Of a stretch of DNA of 64,000 nt, positions 51,009 to 63,442 are shown one piece after another. How positions within the stretch are numbered: the stretch's first letter is position 1; every line of letters starts with the position of its first letter. The stretch is from the NCBI GenBank assembly GCA_030390025.1, contig CM059427.1:8184001-8248000 (forward strand), given 5' to 3'. Below the pieces are notes generated by a model. It ran no database searches. It worked only from the letters and a program-made list of their open reading frames with translations, and was not told the origin of the DNA. The translations under genes and the position numbers were made by a program. The stretch is from Squalus acanthias (lineage: Eukaryota).

Positions 51009-52132
51009 TACGATAGCAAAATACTGCGGATGCTGGAAATCTGAAATAACAACAGAAAACGCTGGAAAAACTCAGCAGGCCAGGCAGCATCCGTGGAGAG
51101 AGAAAGAGAGTTAATGTTTCAGGTCGATGACCTTTCGTCAGAACTGTGAAGAGCCGGAAATCAAATAGATTTAAGGCCAGAGTAAAGCTGGGAAAAGGGG
51201 GAGGGGATAAAAGAACAAAGGGGGAGATGAAGAGACATTAAGAGACATTAAGAGATATGCAAGGCTAGAGGTGGTGTAAATGTAACAGATTAAGGCTGAA
51301 AGAAGTGTGAAATCCACTGGCAGAATGAAGGACAGCTGCCAGCTTCTAGGAGGAAAAAAAAGGTGGGGGGGGGCAAATAAAAGGGTGGAAAAAATAAAAT
51401 ATAAATGTGATTGGAGCTGAGGTTATGATCTAAAATTGTTGAACTCGATATTGAGTCCAGAGGGCTGTAGCGTGCCTAAACGAAAGATGAGGTGCTGTTC
51501 CTCGAGCTTACGCTGCGCTTCCGTGGAACAGTGTAATAGGCCGAGGACGGTGAGGTCAGAGTGGGAGTGAAGCGGTGAATTAAAGTGACAGGCCACCGGG
51601 CTCCCGGTGGCCTGTCACTTTAATTCACCGCTTCACTCCCACTCTGACCTCACCGTCCTCGGCCTATTACACTGTTCCACGGAAGCGCAGCGTAAGCTCG
51701 AGGAACAGCACCTCATCTTTCGTTTAGGCACGCTACAGCCCTCTGGACTCAATATCGAGTTCAACAATTTTAGATCATAACCTCAGCTCCAATCACATTT
51801 ATATTTTATTTTTTCCACCCTTTTATTTGCCCCCCCCACCTTTTTTTTCCTCCTAGAAGCTGGCAGCTGTCCTTCATTCTGCCAGTGGATTTCACACTTC
51901 TTTCAGCCTTAATCTGTCACATTTACACCACCTCTAGCCTTGCATATCTCTTAATGTCTCTTAATGTCTCTTCATCTCCCCCTTTGTTCTTTTATCCCCT
52001 CCCCCTTTTCCCAGCTTTACTCTGGCCTTAAATCTATTTGATTTCCGGCTCTTCACAGTTCTGACGAAAGGTCATCGACCTGAAACGTTAACTCTCTTTC
52101 TCTCTCCACGGATGCTGCCTGGCCTGCTGAGT
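51009..52132. mobile_element. Palindromic (fold-back) Penelope-like insertion
   Basis: Arms 51070-51600 and 51603-52132; 14-bp TSD CTCTTCAATACTTA (50995-51008, 52133-52146); encodes LPVACHFN...RKLEEQHLIFRLGTLQPSGLNIEF. Confidence 0.93.
52057..52093 (+). ncRNA. Minimal hammerhead motif (mirror copy on - strand at 51109-51145 has a stem III mutation)
   Basis: AGUU-CUGACGA-A-AGGUC/GACCU-GAAA-CGUU-AACU. Confidence 0.75.
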
Positions 52133-52648
52133 CTCTTCAATACTTACCCTCCCGTAGAAACCTGAAAAAAACCTAAGTTTGCTGCGTGCGCACAGCCTCT
52201 ACCACGCACGCGGTTCACCTAGGAACCGCCCCCTTCACCAGACCGGAAGTTCCGGTTTCCCGCGCATGCGCAGTGCATGCAGGAAACCGGCAATTCAGGA
52301 CGCCTTACGGGTGAGTACACAGCGCGTACTCACCCGGCAAGGGCCGAATTTCTGGCCCATTATGTAGGAAATGTATTTTTGAAAATATATTTCTTAAAAA
52401 ACTTAAATAGAAAATGACAAGGTAAAGGAAAAGACTTGAGAAAAAGAGAAAGTGGAATAAAGGTCATATTGCTCAACAAGTTCTGATAGGAGATGCATCA
52501 CCCACATACATACGTGTGTGTGTATATGTGCATGTGTGTTTGTATATTTACATGCGTATTTATATGTGTGTATGTATATACGTGTGTGCGCGCGTGTGTA
52601 TATCTATATATCTGTGTGTATTTGTATGTATATCTGTGTGTATATAAT

Positions 52649-53452
52649 GGGGGAGATATTCAGTATCACCCATTTTGGGGCGTTAATATTGGCCGGGTGC
52701 AAATATTAGCGCCCGGTGTTAATTATCGCCTCCAACTGCAAAATTTGCCTCTATCGCCCCTGGAGGTGATTTGAGTGCTGAATCAGGCGCTACACACCTC
52801 TCTTAAGGCGCAAACGTCAGGGAGTGAGGCGCTACCGCAGAACACTACCAAAGCTCAGGCGATGACCGTTACCATGGAAGCCAGACAGACTGGCGCCGTC
52901 CAGTTCTTAAAGGGGAGGGGCCATCTTGCTGGCCAGCCACACCCTGCTCATTGCAGCCTTGAATCTCAGCCTGGAGAGACCTCAAAAGCAATTGTGTTGG
53001 AAGCACTAATGGATAGGCCCAGGGAAAGAGCTCGGCGCTTAGGAACCTCAAAAGTGGTGCTGAGGGCCAAAACTCCTTAGGACAGCATTAAAACCGAAAA
53101 TGTTGTCGACAAGAAAAGGCAGGAAGCGTCCGGCTTTAAATAGCGTTTCTCCAGCCCCTTCCCGACTTGAAAACGTTCCCCTCTACCTGTCGTTCCTAGT
53201 GGCAGGCGCTAAGGCAGGGGGCGCGACTCAATATCCGGTCTGGGGCGCTACCGGGGCATTGCACGCTCGACTGATGTCACGATCTGCGGGCGCAGGAGAT
53301 CATGGCGGTAGTGTTTAGCACCGCCGCAAAACGACTGGTCAATTTCGCGAGCGGCGCTAAAATCGCCGTGCTCGGGCGCTAAGTTTCTAGCGCCCCGTTA
53401 GCGCCCCCCGGAGGCGCGAACGGGAGGCGCTAACCAACTGAATTTTCCCCCC
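52649..53452. mobile_element. Harbinger MITE, subfamily B
   Basis: TIRs GGGGGAGATATT / GGGGGGAAAATT, TSD AAT. Confidence 0.92.
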
Positions 53453-53599
53453 AATATATTTGAGAAAATCGAAGAGGTAATAGTCGGCATCACTGCCTCA
53501 CTTTCCTGCTGTTGCCGCTGCTATCCTGCCTACTTTGAGACAAGAGAATGGAGGAAAATCCAGGCTCTTAATTCTTAATACTACATTTTCTTTATATAT

Positions 53600-53932
53600 T
53601 CATTCTGACAAGGCCGCATTTATTGCCCATCCCTAACAACTGATTGGCTTGCTAGGTCACTTCAGAGGGTAGTTAAGAGTCAACCACCTTGGTGTGGAAC
53701 TGGAATCACATATAGGCCAGACCGGGTAAGGATGGCAGGTTTCCTTAGTGAACAAGTTGGGGTATTTACGACAATCCGACAGTTTCATGGTCACTTTTAC
53801 AGATACCAGCTTTTTATTTCCAATTTTTTTTTTGAAACTGCATTAAAATTCTCAAACTTCCACTTGCTCTGCATTATTAGTCCCGGCCTCTGGATTACTA
53901 ATCCAGTAACATACCCACTACACTACTGTATC
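53600..53932 (-). mobile_element. Decayed tRNA-head SINE whose tail resembles the LINE 3' end at 61706-62010
   Basis: Minus strand: tagtgtagtgggtatgttactggattagtaatccagag head; agggatgggcaataaatg tail. Confidence 0.55.
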
Positions 53933-55035
53933 GTTATATTTCTAAAGGTAACAAACAGATCACCATCCAGTAAGAATCCTCAGTGTAGTGATTCCCTTAT
54001 TCATATGAAACATGGAAGCAGAGCTTATAATTTTAGCTTTACAATTCAAAATCTTACTGGTACCTTTAAATATGGTGAAGTGTTTACAAATACTGGCCTA
54101 AGTCGATACTGTAATTTTAACTTTTAGATGAGGTTTTGTATTTCAGAGTGGGAGTGAAGGAAAGGAAGGATGTGTGGGAGGCCCTCAATGTATTAATTGT
54201 TCTGAATTCATTTCAAAATGGCCTGATTCCAAGCCTTGATTTAGTTCAGTAAGATTTGGACCCACCTTGTTAGAAGTTTCCTTCTCTGTACAAAGTGCAA
54301 TGAAATCATAAACTTGTCTGTTAGAAGCAACTTTGTAATTTTGCTACATATAACACATACAGGAGATGTCCCCCTTTATTGTCAGTTTCTCCCGTAGGAA
54401 GACAGAGTGGACTCTGTTGTAAAAACAGAAAATGCTGGAAATACTCATCAGGTCAGGCAGCCTCTGTGGAGAGGGAAAAGGAGTTAATGGCCGGAATTTC
54501 CCGGGGTGGTAGCGGGCGGGAATGGAGGCGGGTCAGGTGGGAAATTTTAAAATAGTCGGAGTGGGTCAGGAACCCACCGTCATCCCGCCTCCATGTGCCT
54601 TTCCCTCGGGCGCGTTAGCCGGTGCGGCAGCAACCCGACCGGCAGAGGCAGGCGATAAACTTAAATCATTATCAGCTTGTTTACAGACACTTAAGAGCCT
54701 TTTCCCCCTACATTTTAAATTTCCCTGCATGGCCACGGGATTCACGCAGCTCGGGAACCACGTCTGTCAACCTGAGGCAGGAGTTGAGTGGCCATTGCTC
54801 CAGCTGATTACTTGACAGCATCAAATGTAATTTAAAAGCTCCCACCTGATAGCTGATCACTTTCTTCAGGCAGAAGCTGTTGCTGACTGTATTCCCAGCA
54901 CAGACTGAGCTTTCTGCAGCCTGCAAGTCTTTCCAGCAAAGTTTCCATCCAGTGTCACCTCATTGGAAGAAACTCTCTCACCATTGACAGATTGCTTCTG
55001 TCAACTCGATTTGACCTGCCATCTCTTCCATCAGT

Positions 55036-58000
55036 ATGGGTGCCATTTATACTGTCTCACCTTGGTCCTCAGAATCTGACCACGATGAGCCCCAACACCA
55101 GCAGCACCAGGCACACCAGCAGCACCAACAACAACACCAACCTTCTCTGCAATCACCTGATGCTGCACAGGACAGATGGCATCAGCACCTGAGCACATTG
55201 CTGCCCGGGAGGCCAGGGATGGCCTCATCACGGCCAGATTTACTTTCCTTGACACTGTACATCCATATGGCTGCCACATGATGAAATATCCCCAACACAG
55301 GCTATACAGGCAGAGGATGAGCTTCCTCAACATGACTGAGCAGCAGTGCCAAAGGAGGCTCAGGCTATCGTGCCAGGTCGTCGCAGACATTTGCACATTG
55401 CTAGAGGAAGATCTGCAGCCCAGAGCAGCGGGTGGACACACCTTACCAGTGGCTGTCAAAGTCACCACTGCCCTCAACCTCTTCGCCTCAGGCTCCTTCC
55501 AGGGATCTGCAGCAGACAATTTGCGGCATCTCGCAGTTGGCTGCCCACAGATGCATCACACAGGTCGCCGATACCCTCTTTGACAAGTCAGCCAATTATA
55601 TCAACTTTGCCACTGCTGAAGCCAGTGTTGCAGAGTGTGCTCAGCTTTGCAGCTCTGGTGGGTTCCCATGGGTGCATGGCATCATCGACTACACACATGT
55701 GGCCATCAGGGCACCCCATCATCACCCAGGAGTCATAAGAACATAAGAACATAAGAAATAGGAGCAGGAATAGGCCACTAGGCCCCTCGAGCCTGCTCCG
55801 CCATTCAATAAGATCATGGCTGATCTTGGGCTCAAAGCCACTTCCCTGCCCACTCCCCATAACCCTTCACTCCCTTATCTTGCAAAAATTTGTCTATCTC
55901 CACTTTAAATGTATTTAATGACCCAGCCTCCACAGCTCTCTAGGGAAGAGAATTCCACAAATTTAAAACCCTCTGAGAGAAGAAGTTCCTCCTCATCTCA
56001 ATTCTAAAAGTGCGTCCCTTTAATCTGAGACTGTGCCCCCGAGTTCTAGATTTCCCCATGAGGGGAAACATCCTCTCTGCATCTACCCTGTCGAGCCCCC
56101 TCAGTATCTTATATGTTTCGATAAGATCACCTCTCATTCTTCTAAATTCCAATGAGGGGAGGCCCAGCCTGCTCAACCTTTCCTCATAAGTCAAACCTCT
56201 CATCTCTGGAATTAACCTAGTGAATCGTCTCTGAACTGCCTCCAATGCAAGTATATCCTTCCTTAAATAAGGAGACCAAAACTGTATGCAGTACTCAAGG
56301 TGTGGTCTCACCAATACCCTGTAGAGTTGTAGCAGGACTTCACTGTTTTTATACTCCAACCCCCTTGAAATAAAGACCAACATTCCATTTGCCTTTTTGA
56401 TTACTTGCTGTACCTGCGTGCTAACTTTTTGTGTTTCATGCACAAGGACCCCCAGGTCCCTCTGAACTGTAGCATTTTGTAATCTCTCTCCATTTAAATA
56501 ATAGTTTGCTTTTTTATTTTTCCTGCCAAAGTGGATAATCTCGCACTTTCCCACATTATACTCCATCTGCCAAATGTTTGCCCACTCACCTAGCCTGTCT
56601 ATATCCCTTTGCAGATTCTTTGAGTCCTCTGCACAACTTGCTTTCCCACCCGTCTTTGTATCATCCGCAAACTTGGCTACATTACACTCGATCCCTTCAT
56701 CGAAGTCATTAATGTAGATTGTAAATAGTTGGGGCCCCAGCACCGATCCTTGTGGCATCCCACTAGTTACCGTTTGCCAACCAGAAAATGACCCATTTAT
56801 CCTGACTCTCTCCTTTCTGTTAGTTAGCCAATTCTCTATCCATGCTAATATATTACCCCCAACTCCTTGAGCTCTTATCCTATGCAGTAACCTTTTATGT
56901 GGCACCTTATCGAATGCCTTCTGGAAATCCAAATACACCACATCCACTGGCTCACCCTTGTCCACCCTACTTGTTACATCCTCAAAGAACTCCAGCAAAT
57001 TTGTTAAACATGATTTCCCTTCCCTAAATCCATGCTGACTCTGTTTGACTGCAGTATGATTTTCTAAATGCCCTGCTACTGCTTCCTTAATGATGGACTC
57101 CAGCATTTTCCAAACGACAGATGTTAGGCTAACTGGTCTATAGTTTCCTGCTTTCTGTCTCCCTCCTTTCTTAAATAGGGGTGTTACATTAGCGGTTTTC
57201 CAATCCACTGGGACCTCTCCAGAGTCCAGGGAATTTTGGTATATTGCAACCAATGCATCCACTATCTCTGCAGCCACTTCTTTTAAGACCCTGGGATGCA
57301 GGCCATCTGGTCCAGGGGACTTGTCGTCTTTTAGTCCCATTATTTTACTGAGTACTATTTCCTTATTAATTCCCCTCTCCCTGTGGCTCCTTGATTATCC
57401 ATTATTGGGATGTTGTTAATGTCTTCTACAGTGAAGACAGATGCAAACTATTTGTTCAGAGTCTCGGCCATTTCCCCGTTCCCCATTATTAATTCCCCAG
57501 TCTCATCCTCTAAGGGACCAACGTTTACTTTAGCTACCCTCTTCCATTTTATATACCTGTAGAAGCTCTTACTATCTGTTTTAATGTTTCTTGCCAGCTT
57601 ACTCTCATAATTCATCTTCTCTCTCTTTATTATTTTTTTAGTCATCCTTTGCTGGTTTTTAAAAATTTCCCAATCCTCTGGCCTCCCACCAATCTTGGCA
57701 ACATTGTATGCCTTCGTTTTCAATTTGATCCCATCCTTTACTTCCTTAGTTAGCCACGGATGGTGCTCCCTTCTCTTAAAATCTTTCTTTCTCACTGGAA
57801 TATATTTTTGTTGAGAGATATGAAATATCTCCTTAAATGTCCGCCACTGCATTTCAACTTTCTTACCCTTTAATTTGTTTTTCCAGTCCACTTTAGCCAG
57901 TTCTGCCCTCATACCATTATAATTGCCTTTGTTTAAGATCAGGACACTGGTTTGGGATACAACTTTCTCACCCTCCAACTGAATTTGAAATTCAACCATG

Positions 58001-58973
58001 CTATGCTCACTCTTTTCTAGAGGATCCTTTACTATGAGATCATTTATTAATTCTGTCTCATTACATAGTACCAGATCCAAGATAGCCTACTCCCTGGTTG
58101 GTTCCATTACATACTGTTCTAGGAAAACATCCCGGATGCACTCTATGAACTCCTCCTCCAGGCTACCATGGCCAATTTGATTTGTCCAATCAATATGGAG
58201 ATTAAAATCACCCATGATTATTACCGTACCTTTTTTACGGGCCTCCATTATTTGTTGATTTATACTCTGTCCAACAGCATTGCTACTGTTTGGAGTCTGT
58301 AGACTACACCCACCAGAGACTTTTTCCCCTTATTATTTTTATGCGACTTGTCAACTGCAAGGGCTTCCACTCCCTTAACGTGTAGCTGTTCTGCAACCAT
58401 AGGAAGATCATCAAGCATGTGTGTGCCAAATTCCCTGGCAGCTGCCATGTTTCTTTCGTCCTGCGCCAGTCCACCCTCCCTCAGCTCTTCGCTCCTCCAA
58501 ACAGACTTTCCAGCTGGCTGCTTGGAGACAAGGGCTATCCACTGAAGACGTGGCTCCTGACACCCTTGAGGAAGCCAAGTACTGAGGCTGAGGAGAGATA
58601 TAATGAAAGCCACATCTCCACCAGATGTGTCATAGAGCAGACAACAGTCATGCTGAAAATGCGCTTCAGATGCCTTGACAGATCTGGAGGAGCCCTTCAG
58701 TATGCACCAGCCAGAGTCTCCAGAATCGTCGTGGTCTGCTGCACCCTGCACAACATAGCGCAGCAGCGAGGATTAGCGCTGCATGAGGAGCAAGGCTCTG
58801 AGCGCACAGCCTTTTCAGAGGAGGAGGAGCAGGAGGAGGAAGAGGAGGAGCATCAGCTGGAAGATGAGGAGGAGCAGGAACTAGAGGAACCTGCGGTGCA
58901 GATGGCATCAGCGCTCAAGCGCATTGCTGGCCGGGAGGCCAGGGATGGCCTTATCATGGCCAGATTTACTTAA
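55036..58973 (+). pseudogene. Harbinger DDE transposase split by CR1 (55036-55733 and 58348-58973)
   Basis: [32 protein letters not shown] | KGFHSLNV, GDKGYPL, RCVIEQT, CCTLHN. Confidence 0.88.
55734..58342 (-). mobile_element. 5'-truncated CR1 LINE (partial endonuclease + RT)
   Basis: (TTCTTATG)n tail; ORFs 55940..57340 (FADD) and 57448..58080. Confidence 0.95.
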
Positions 58974-59269
58974 CCTTATGTAGTACATCCATATGGCTGC
59001 CACATGCTTCACCAGGTTGGCAACACCCCACAGCCACAACATTAAGTATCCCTACAATGACCAATCCATTCCTTTCACACTGATCACCATTGCTGGAGGT
59101 ACCGTTATGTCTCACCATTCACTCCAACTAAGTAAGCCACTTCCAATGGTGCACACAAATTTGTGCAAGACCAGAAAGTTTTGAAAAGAAAGAAATTTAT
59201 GGTTCACATTAAATAAACTGAAACTTCACATCAACATTGAATAAAACACCCAAGTGGCTACCCTTGTGT

Positions 59270-61153
59270 ATCTACTTGTATGGCATTTTTCTCTTACGCG
59301 TGCTTCTATGTAGTGCTACCCCTGTGACTTCAGCAGAGGTAGAGGCAGCTTCCTCACTTCCCTGCTGCGACTTCTAAGACATTTTTGGCGGTCGTCCTCT
59401 GGATTTTGAAGCCTGTGATGGCCCCGCCAAAGTCTGTTCTTCCTGCGACTGTGCAGGGGCAGACTCGGCCATCGCTGTCCGGGAAGACATCTGGGGCTCT
59501 GACTGAGGCGGTGGCAACAGGGGAGAAGTGTGAGCACTTTGAGAGGAGCCCCCACTTCCATGTCCCCTCTCACCATCATCCCTCTCATGGATCACCCGCA
59601 CTTCCCTGCTAGTAAGGAGCTGGAGAGCACCTTGCTGCACATCAGTGGGGCCATGAGGACCCACGTCTACACTGACATCCCTCGTAGAGTGGACGTCTAT
59701 GAGCCTCTGCCATCTGTTCTCCATAGAGACCATATGCTCCTGTGAGTGGCACATTAGCTGCTCCATGCAGGTGGCCATCCTATCCATGGAAAAACCTACA
59801 GTCGCCATCACCTGCGACACGATGGTGCTCATGTTGAAGATGGATTCCACCATTCTCTGAACATTTGCAGTCATCGCGTTCGCAAAAGCTGTCAGAGCCT
59901 CCTGCACTACTTCCTGCACCTCCAGGATCACCCTCTTTCTGGATGGCCCCCGAGGCTCAGCGTCTGCATGCAGCTGAGCAGAGCTGGGAGAGTCCTGCGC
60001 TCTCCCATGAGGACTCTCCACTGCGGTCCCTGTTTCCACCATCTGCTGTTGCTCGGTTGTGATTTGTGATACACCAGGTGACAACACTACTCTATCTCGC
60101 GAGGGACCCACTGAGGTGTGAGTATCTGCGCTGATGCTGGGTGCACTTCTGTCTGGTAATGGTGTGCCCTCAGAGGCTGGAGGCTCCTCTGAGGAGTCAT
60201 CTTCCTCTTCCTCCTGGACAGTGGGGGGGTGGGGGAGGGGGGCCTCTTGATGGACCTGTGGGAGAGTAAAGAGATGAGTTAGATATGTCATATGTAGATT
60301 GGGTACAGAAACCATTTTGCACATGATGACCATTCACTGGCTGCTGACATGAGCCCCCATATGAGTGAGTGATGTATGCCATGTAGCTGTATGATATGTA
60401 ATTCTGTCACCAGATTGCTGAGATGTTCCCCTCTCTCCGTCTCCCACCTCCAGCTGCTCGGCGACTCCCACCAGCTTTAAGGCAGCTTCCTCTGCTGTGG
60501 TCAGGGTGGCCATTGATGCCATTCCACCGCCAGTTCTCCCCCTCTCCCTCTTAGTTTAGGCTCTCTTTTCCTGCAAGGAGGGAAAGAAGCGAAGGTTGAG
60601 TGAGAGTGATGGAATGAGTGTAAGGAATGGATGAGTTTCCTCTGTAGAGGGTGACTATGATGGAGTGGGGTGGCAATTCCAAGTGGCCTCCTTGTGTGTT
60701 GTTAGTTGACATGATTGCATTAGGGTGAGGGTGAATCTGAGGGTGACTGGTAAGACGGGGATGTGATAATGTAGATAGAGAGAGAGGGATGGGTGGAGGT
60801 GCAAGGTAAATTGGTGTGAGTGATGATGTGCAGGAGAAGGGTTGGGAAAGCAGAGTGATGGGGATGTGATGAGAGGCAGTGCAGGATGAAGGTGAGTGTG
60901 GCTTTGGAATCACCTTCCCTGATCTAACAAGATGGTTGAAGCGTTTGCGGCAGTGCACCCAGGTCCTCCTGACGACATCCCTGCTGTTGACCTCCTCTGC
61001 TATTTGGAGCCAGACTCCTTTGCTCTGCTGGGGAGGTCTCTTCCGCCTATCAGCAAGGAAGAGGACCTCCCTGCGTGCTCTGACTCCCTCCACAAGCATA
61101 TGGAGGGAGTCATCGGAGAACCTGGGTGCAGCCCTGTGCCTCTGTGCAGTCAT
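59270..61153 (-). pseudogene. Harbinger Myb/SANT-like gene; predicted exons 61153-60914, 60570-60411, 60255-~59270
   Basis: RAAPRFSD...W.QIA..V...RTWVHCRKRFNHL; GT/AG sites at positions equivalent to the 45217-47100 gene. Confidence 0.78.
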
Positions 61154-61705
61154 CTCTGGTGGTGTGTACAGCAGTGAAGTAATGAAGTGCACTGCCTGCA
61201 AATTCCTCGATGAATCTTCAAATGCAATGTGGCCATGGCTCCTTTAACTATCCTGGCTGAAAACGCATCATCAATGACATCACCAGGCCTGCACCTTTTA
61301 ATTGGGCCGGGTAACGCGCAGGGCGGACTTAATAGGCCCCATTAACGTAAAGTCGTTCTGTGGAGCGGGATGGAGCCAGCAATAGACTTGTGAACCATCA
61401 TGGCAGCTGCCTGCACGGGACCCACCCAGGTAGGGAAAGTTCCAGACAATATTTGTGGTCAATGACCTTGCACCAGAACTGGAAAAAGTTAGAAATGTAA
61501 AAGGTTTTATGCACGTACATAGGCAGGGAAAGAGGGAAGGAGGAAAGAACAAAAAGGAGGTGTGATAGGGTGGAAGGCAGGAGAGATTAAATGACAAAAG
61601 GGATGATGGTGCAAGGCAAAAGGAGATGGTGATGTGACAAGTAAAGAAACAAAAGATGGGTCCAGAGGAGATGTAAATGGGAATAGCAGAATCATTACCA
61701 ACACC

Positions 61706-62010
61706 TCCCAAACCCGCGACCTCTTCCACCTAGAAGGACAAGGGCAGCAGGCGCATGGGAACACCACCACCTCCAAGTTCCCCTCCAAGTCACACACCAT
61801 CCTGACTTGGAAGTATAATCGCTGTTCTTTCATCATCGCTGGGTCAAAATCCTGGAACTCCCTCCCTAACAGCACTGTGGAAGCACCTTCACCACACGGA
61901 CTGCAGCGGTTCAAGAAGGCGGCTCACCAACACCTTCTCATGGGCAATTAGGGATGGGCAATAAATGCTGGCCTTGCCAGCGATGCCCATATCCCATGAA
62001 TGAAAAAAAA
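61706..62010 (+). mobile_element. LINE (CR1/L2-type) 3' end nested in the Penelope element
   Basis: HTILTWKY...GSKSWNSLPNS...RFKKAAHQHLL remnant, 3' UTR and A-rich tail. Confidence 0.75.
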
Positions 62011-62961
62011 CCTGCTGTCCGTAAAAATGGGAACGGTGGTTATGATCTGAAATTGTTGAACTCAGTGTTGTGTCCAGAGGCTGTAAAGTGCCTCATCGAA
62101 AGATGAGGTGCTGTTCCTTGAGCTTACGGTGAGCTTCATTGGAACAATGTAGGAGACCGAGGATAAAGAGGTCAGAGTGGGAGTGGGGCGGTGAATTAAA
62201 ATGTAGAGGAGACCGCATCGTGAGCAATGAATATAGTATACTAATTTGAAAGAAGTACAAGTAAATCGCTGTTTCACCTGCAAGGAGTGTTTGGTGCCCT
62301 GGATGGTGGGAAGGGAGGAGGTGTGACGGCAAGTGTTGCATCTCCTGTTCTTGCATGGGAAGGTGCCGTGGGAAGGGGAGGGGGTGTTGTGGGTGATTGA
62401 GGAGTAGACCAGGGCGACCAAGAAGTTGGAGAGATCAAGAGGAACATAATGTGAGTGCCTTCCTGCCAATGCACTGTGATTGCACAAATATTATGATTAG
62501 GTTAGCCCGCTGCTGCAAGAGGCTTAGTCATAATAGCGGAAGCAGAAGTGAGAAAGGATGCCACTTGTCTCTTACATCCTCCTCAGAAAGATTGATGATA
62601 ATGTTATTGGTGCAAAATCAATGCTTTTGCAACAGAAAGTACAGAGAGTAAATGATAATGACATTCATATCAAAGAATCTCAGCTTCTAGGTCACAGTGA
62701 AGACAAATTTATAGTTGATTTAATTGTCCACTACTTAAGCATCGTTGGCTGAGCTAGGTTTTTTTTCCCCTGGAATCTATGTAGACTTACAATCAATTTC
62801 AAGCAATTCGATACTTTGTTAAATGAATGCCTACCTTACATGATGCCTGTTTGGAGCGGATGTGCTCGTTCGGATGGTACTACCCTAATTATAGTGCCTT
62901 TAAATTTAGGGTGATTCTTTAAGTGCCAATTGAAGATTAGATGATAGGATCTCTGTTTAAA

Positions 62962-63004
62962 TTATATATATATATATCTATATATATATATAGATAGATA
63001 GACA
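62962..63004. repeat. (TA)n/(TAGA)n microsatellite
   Basis: Seen directly. Confidence 0.9.
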
Positions 63005-63374
63005 GTACATAAACAGTGTGTGCATGTGATGGAAATGTAACTTAATCTGATCATGCAGATCACAATGCAGCTTTCATTTGATGCATTTTCTGCTGTATTC
63101 AGTCACAAATATTGGCTATAAGGACAAACAGCTGACTTTTCTTCAGAATACAGGCATCCTCATGACTAAACTGCAGCTTGGAAAATGTTCTCTCGTGCTA
63201 GTTATCCGTTTGCTGTTGCCAATGCTGTAAATCTCTAGCGAGACAATATATACTTCACAGACAATTCAAATGAAAAAATAATAGCACAAATACATAATCT
63301 TAACGGTAGTCACAGTAGAGTTTTGTAAAACCATTAGAAATATGTGTTCCACAGGGCAAATCTTGATGAATTTT

Positions 63375-63442
63375 TAGTGGTAACAGACACGATGGGCCGA
63401 ATGGCCTCCTTCTGTGCTGTAAATTTCTACGATTCTATGATT
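63375..63442 (+). mobile_element. CR1 3' tail fragment
   Basis: gggccgaatggcctccttctgtgctgtaaatttctacgattctatgatt. Confidence 0.7.

Larger units (their letters stand above)
50472..52358. mobile_element. Harbinger-type MITE, family C, interrupted by the Penelope palindrome
   Basis: TIRs ggccctgaaattcg / cgaatttctggccc. Confidence 0.8.
54489..61447 (+). mobile_element. Harbinger transposon (decayed) with nested CR1
   Basis: Degenerate TIRs ggccggaatttccc / gggaaagttccagac, TSD AAT; convergent transposase and Myb genes. Confidence 0.88.
54419..62430 (-). mobile_element. Older Penelope-like element split by a Harbinger (pieces 54419-54488 and 61448-62430)
   Basis: Terminal sequence continues across the insertion (gagttaat|atttgtggtcaatgacc); CKNRRCNTC...LVYYIHCSRCGLLYI GIY-YIG remnants at 62040-62430. 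Confidence 0.8.
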
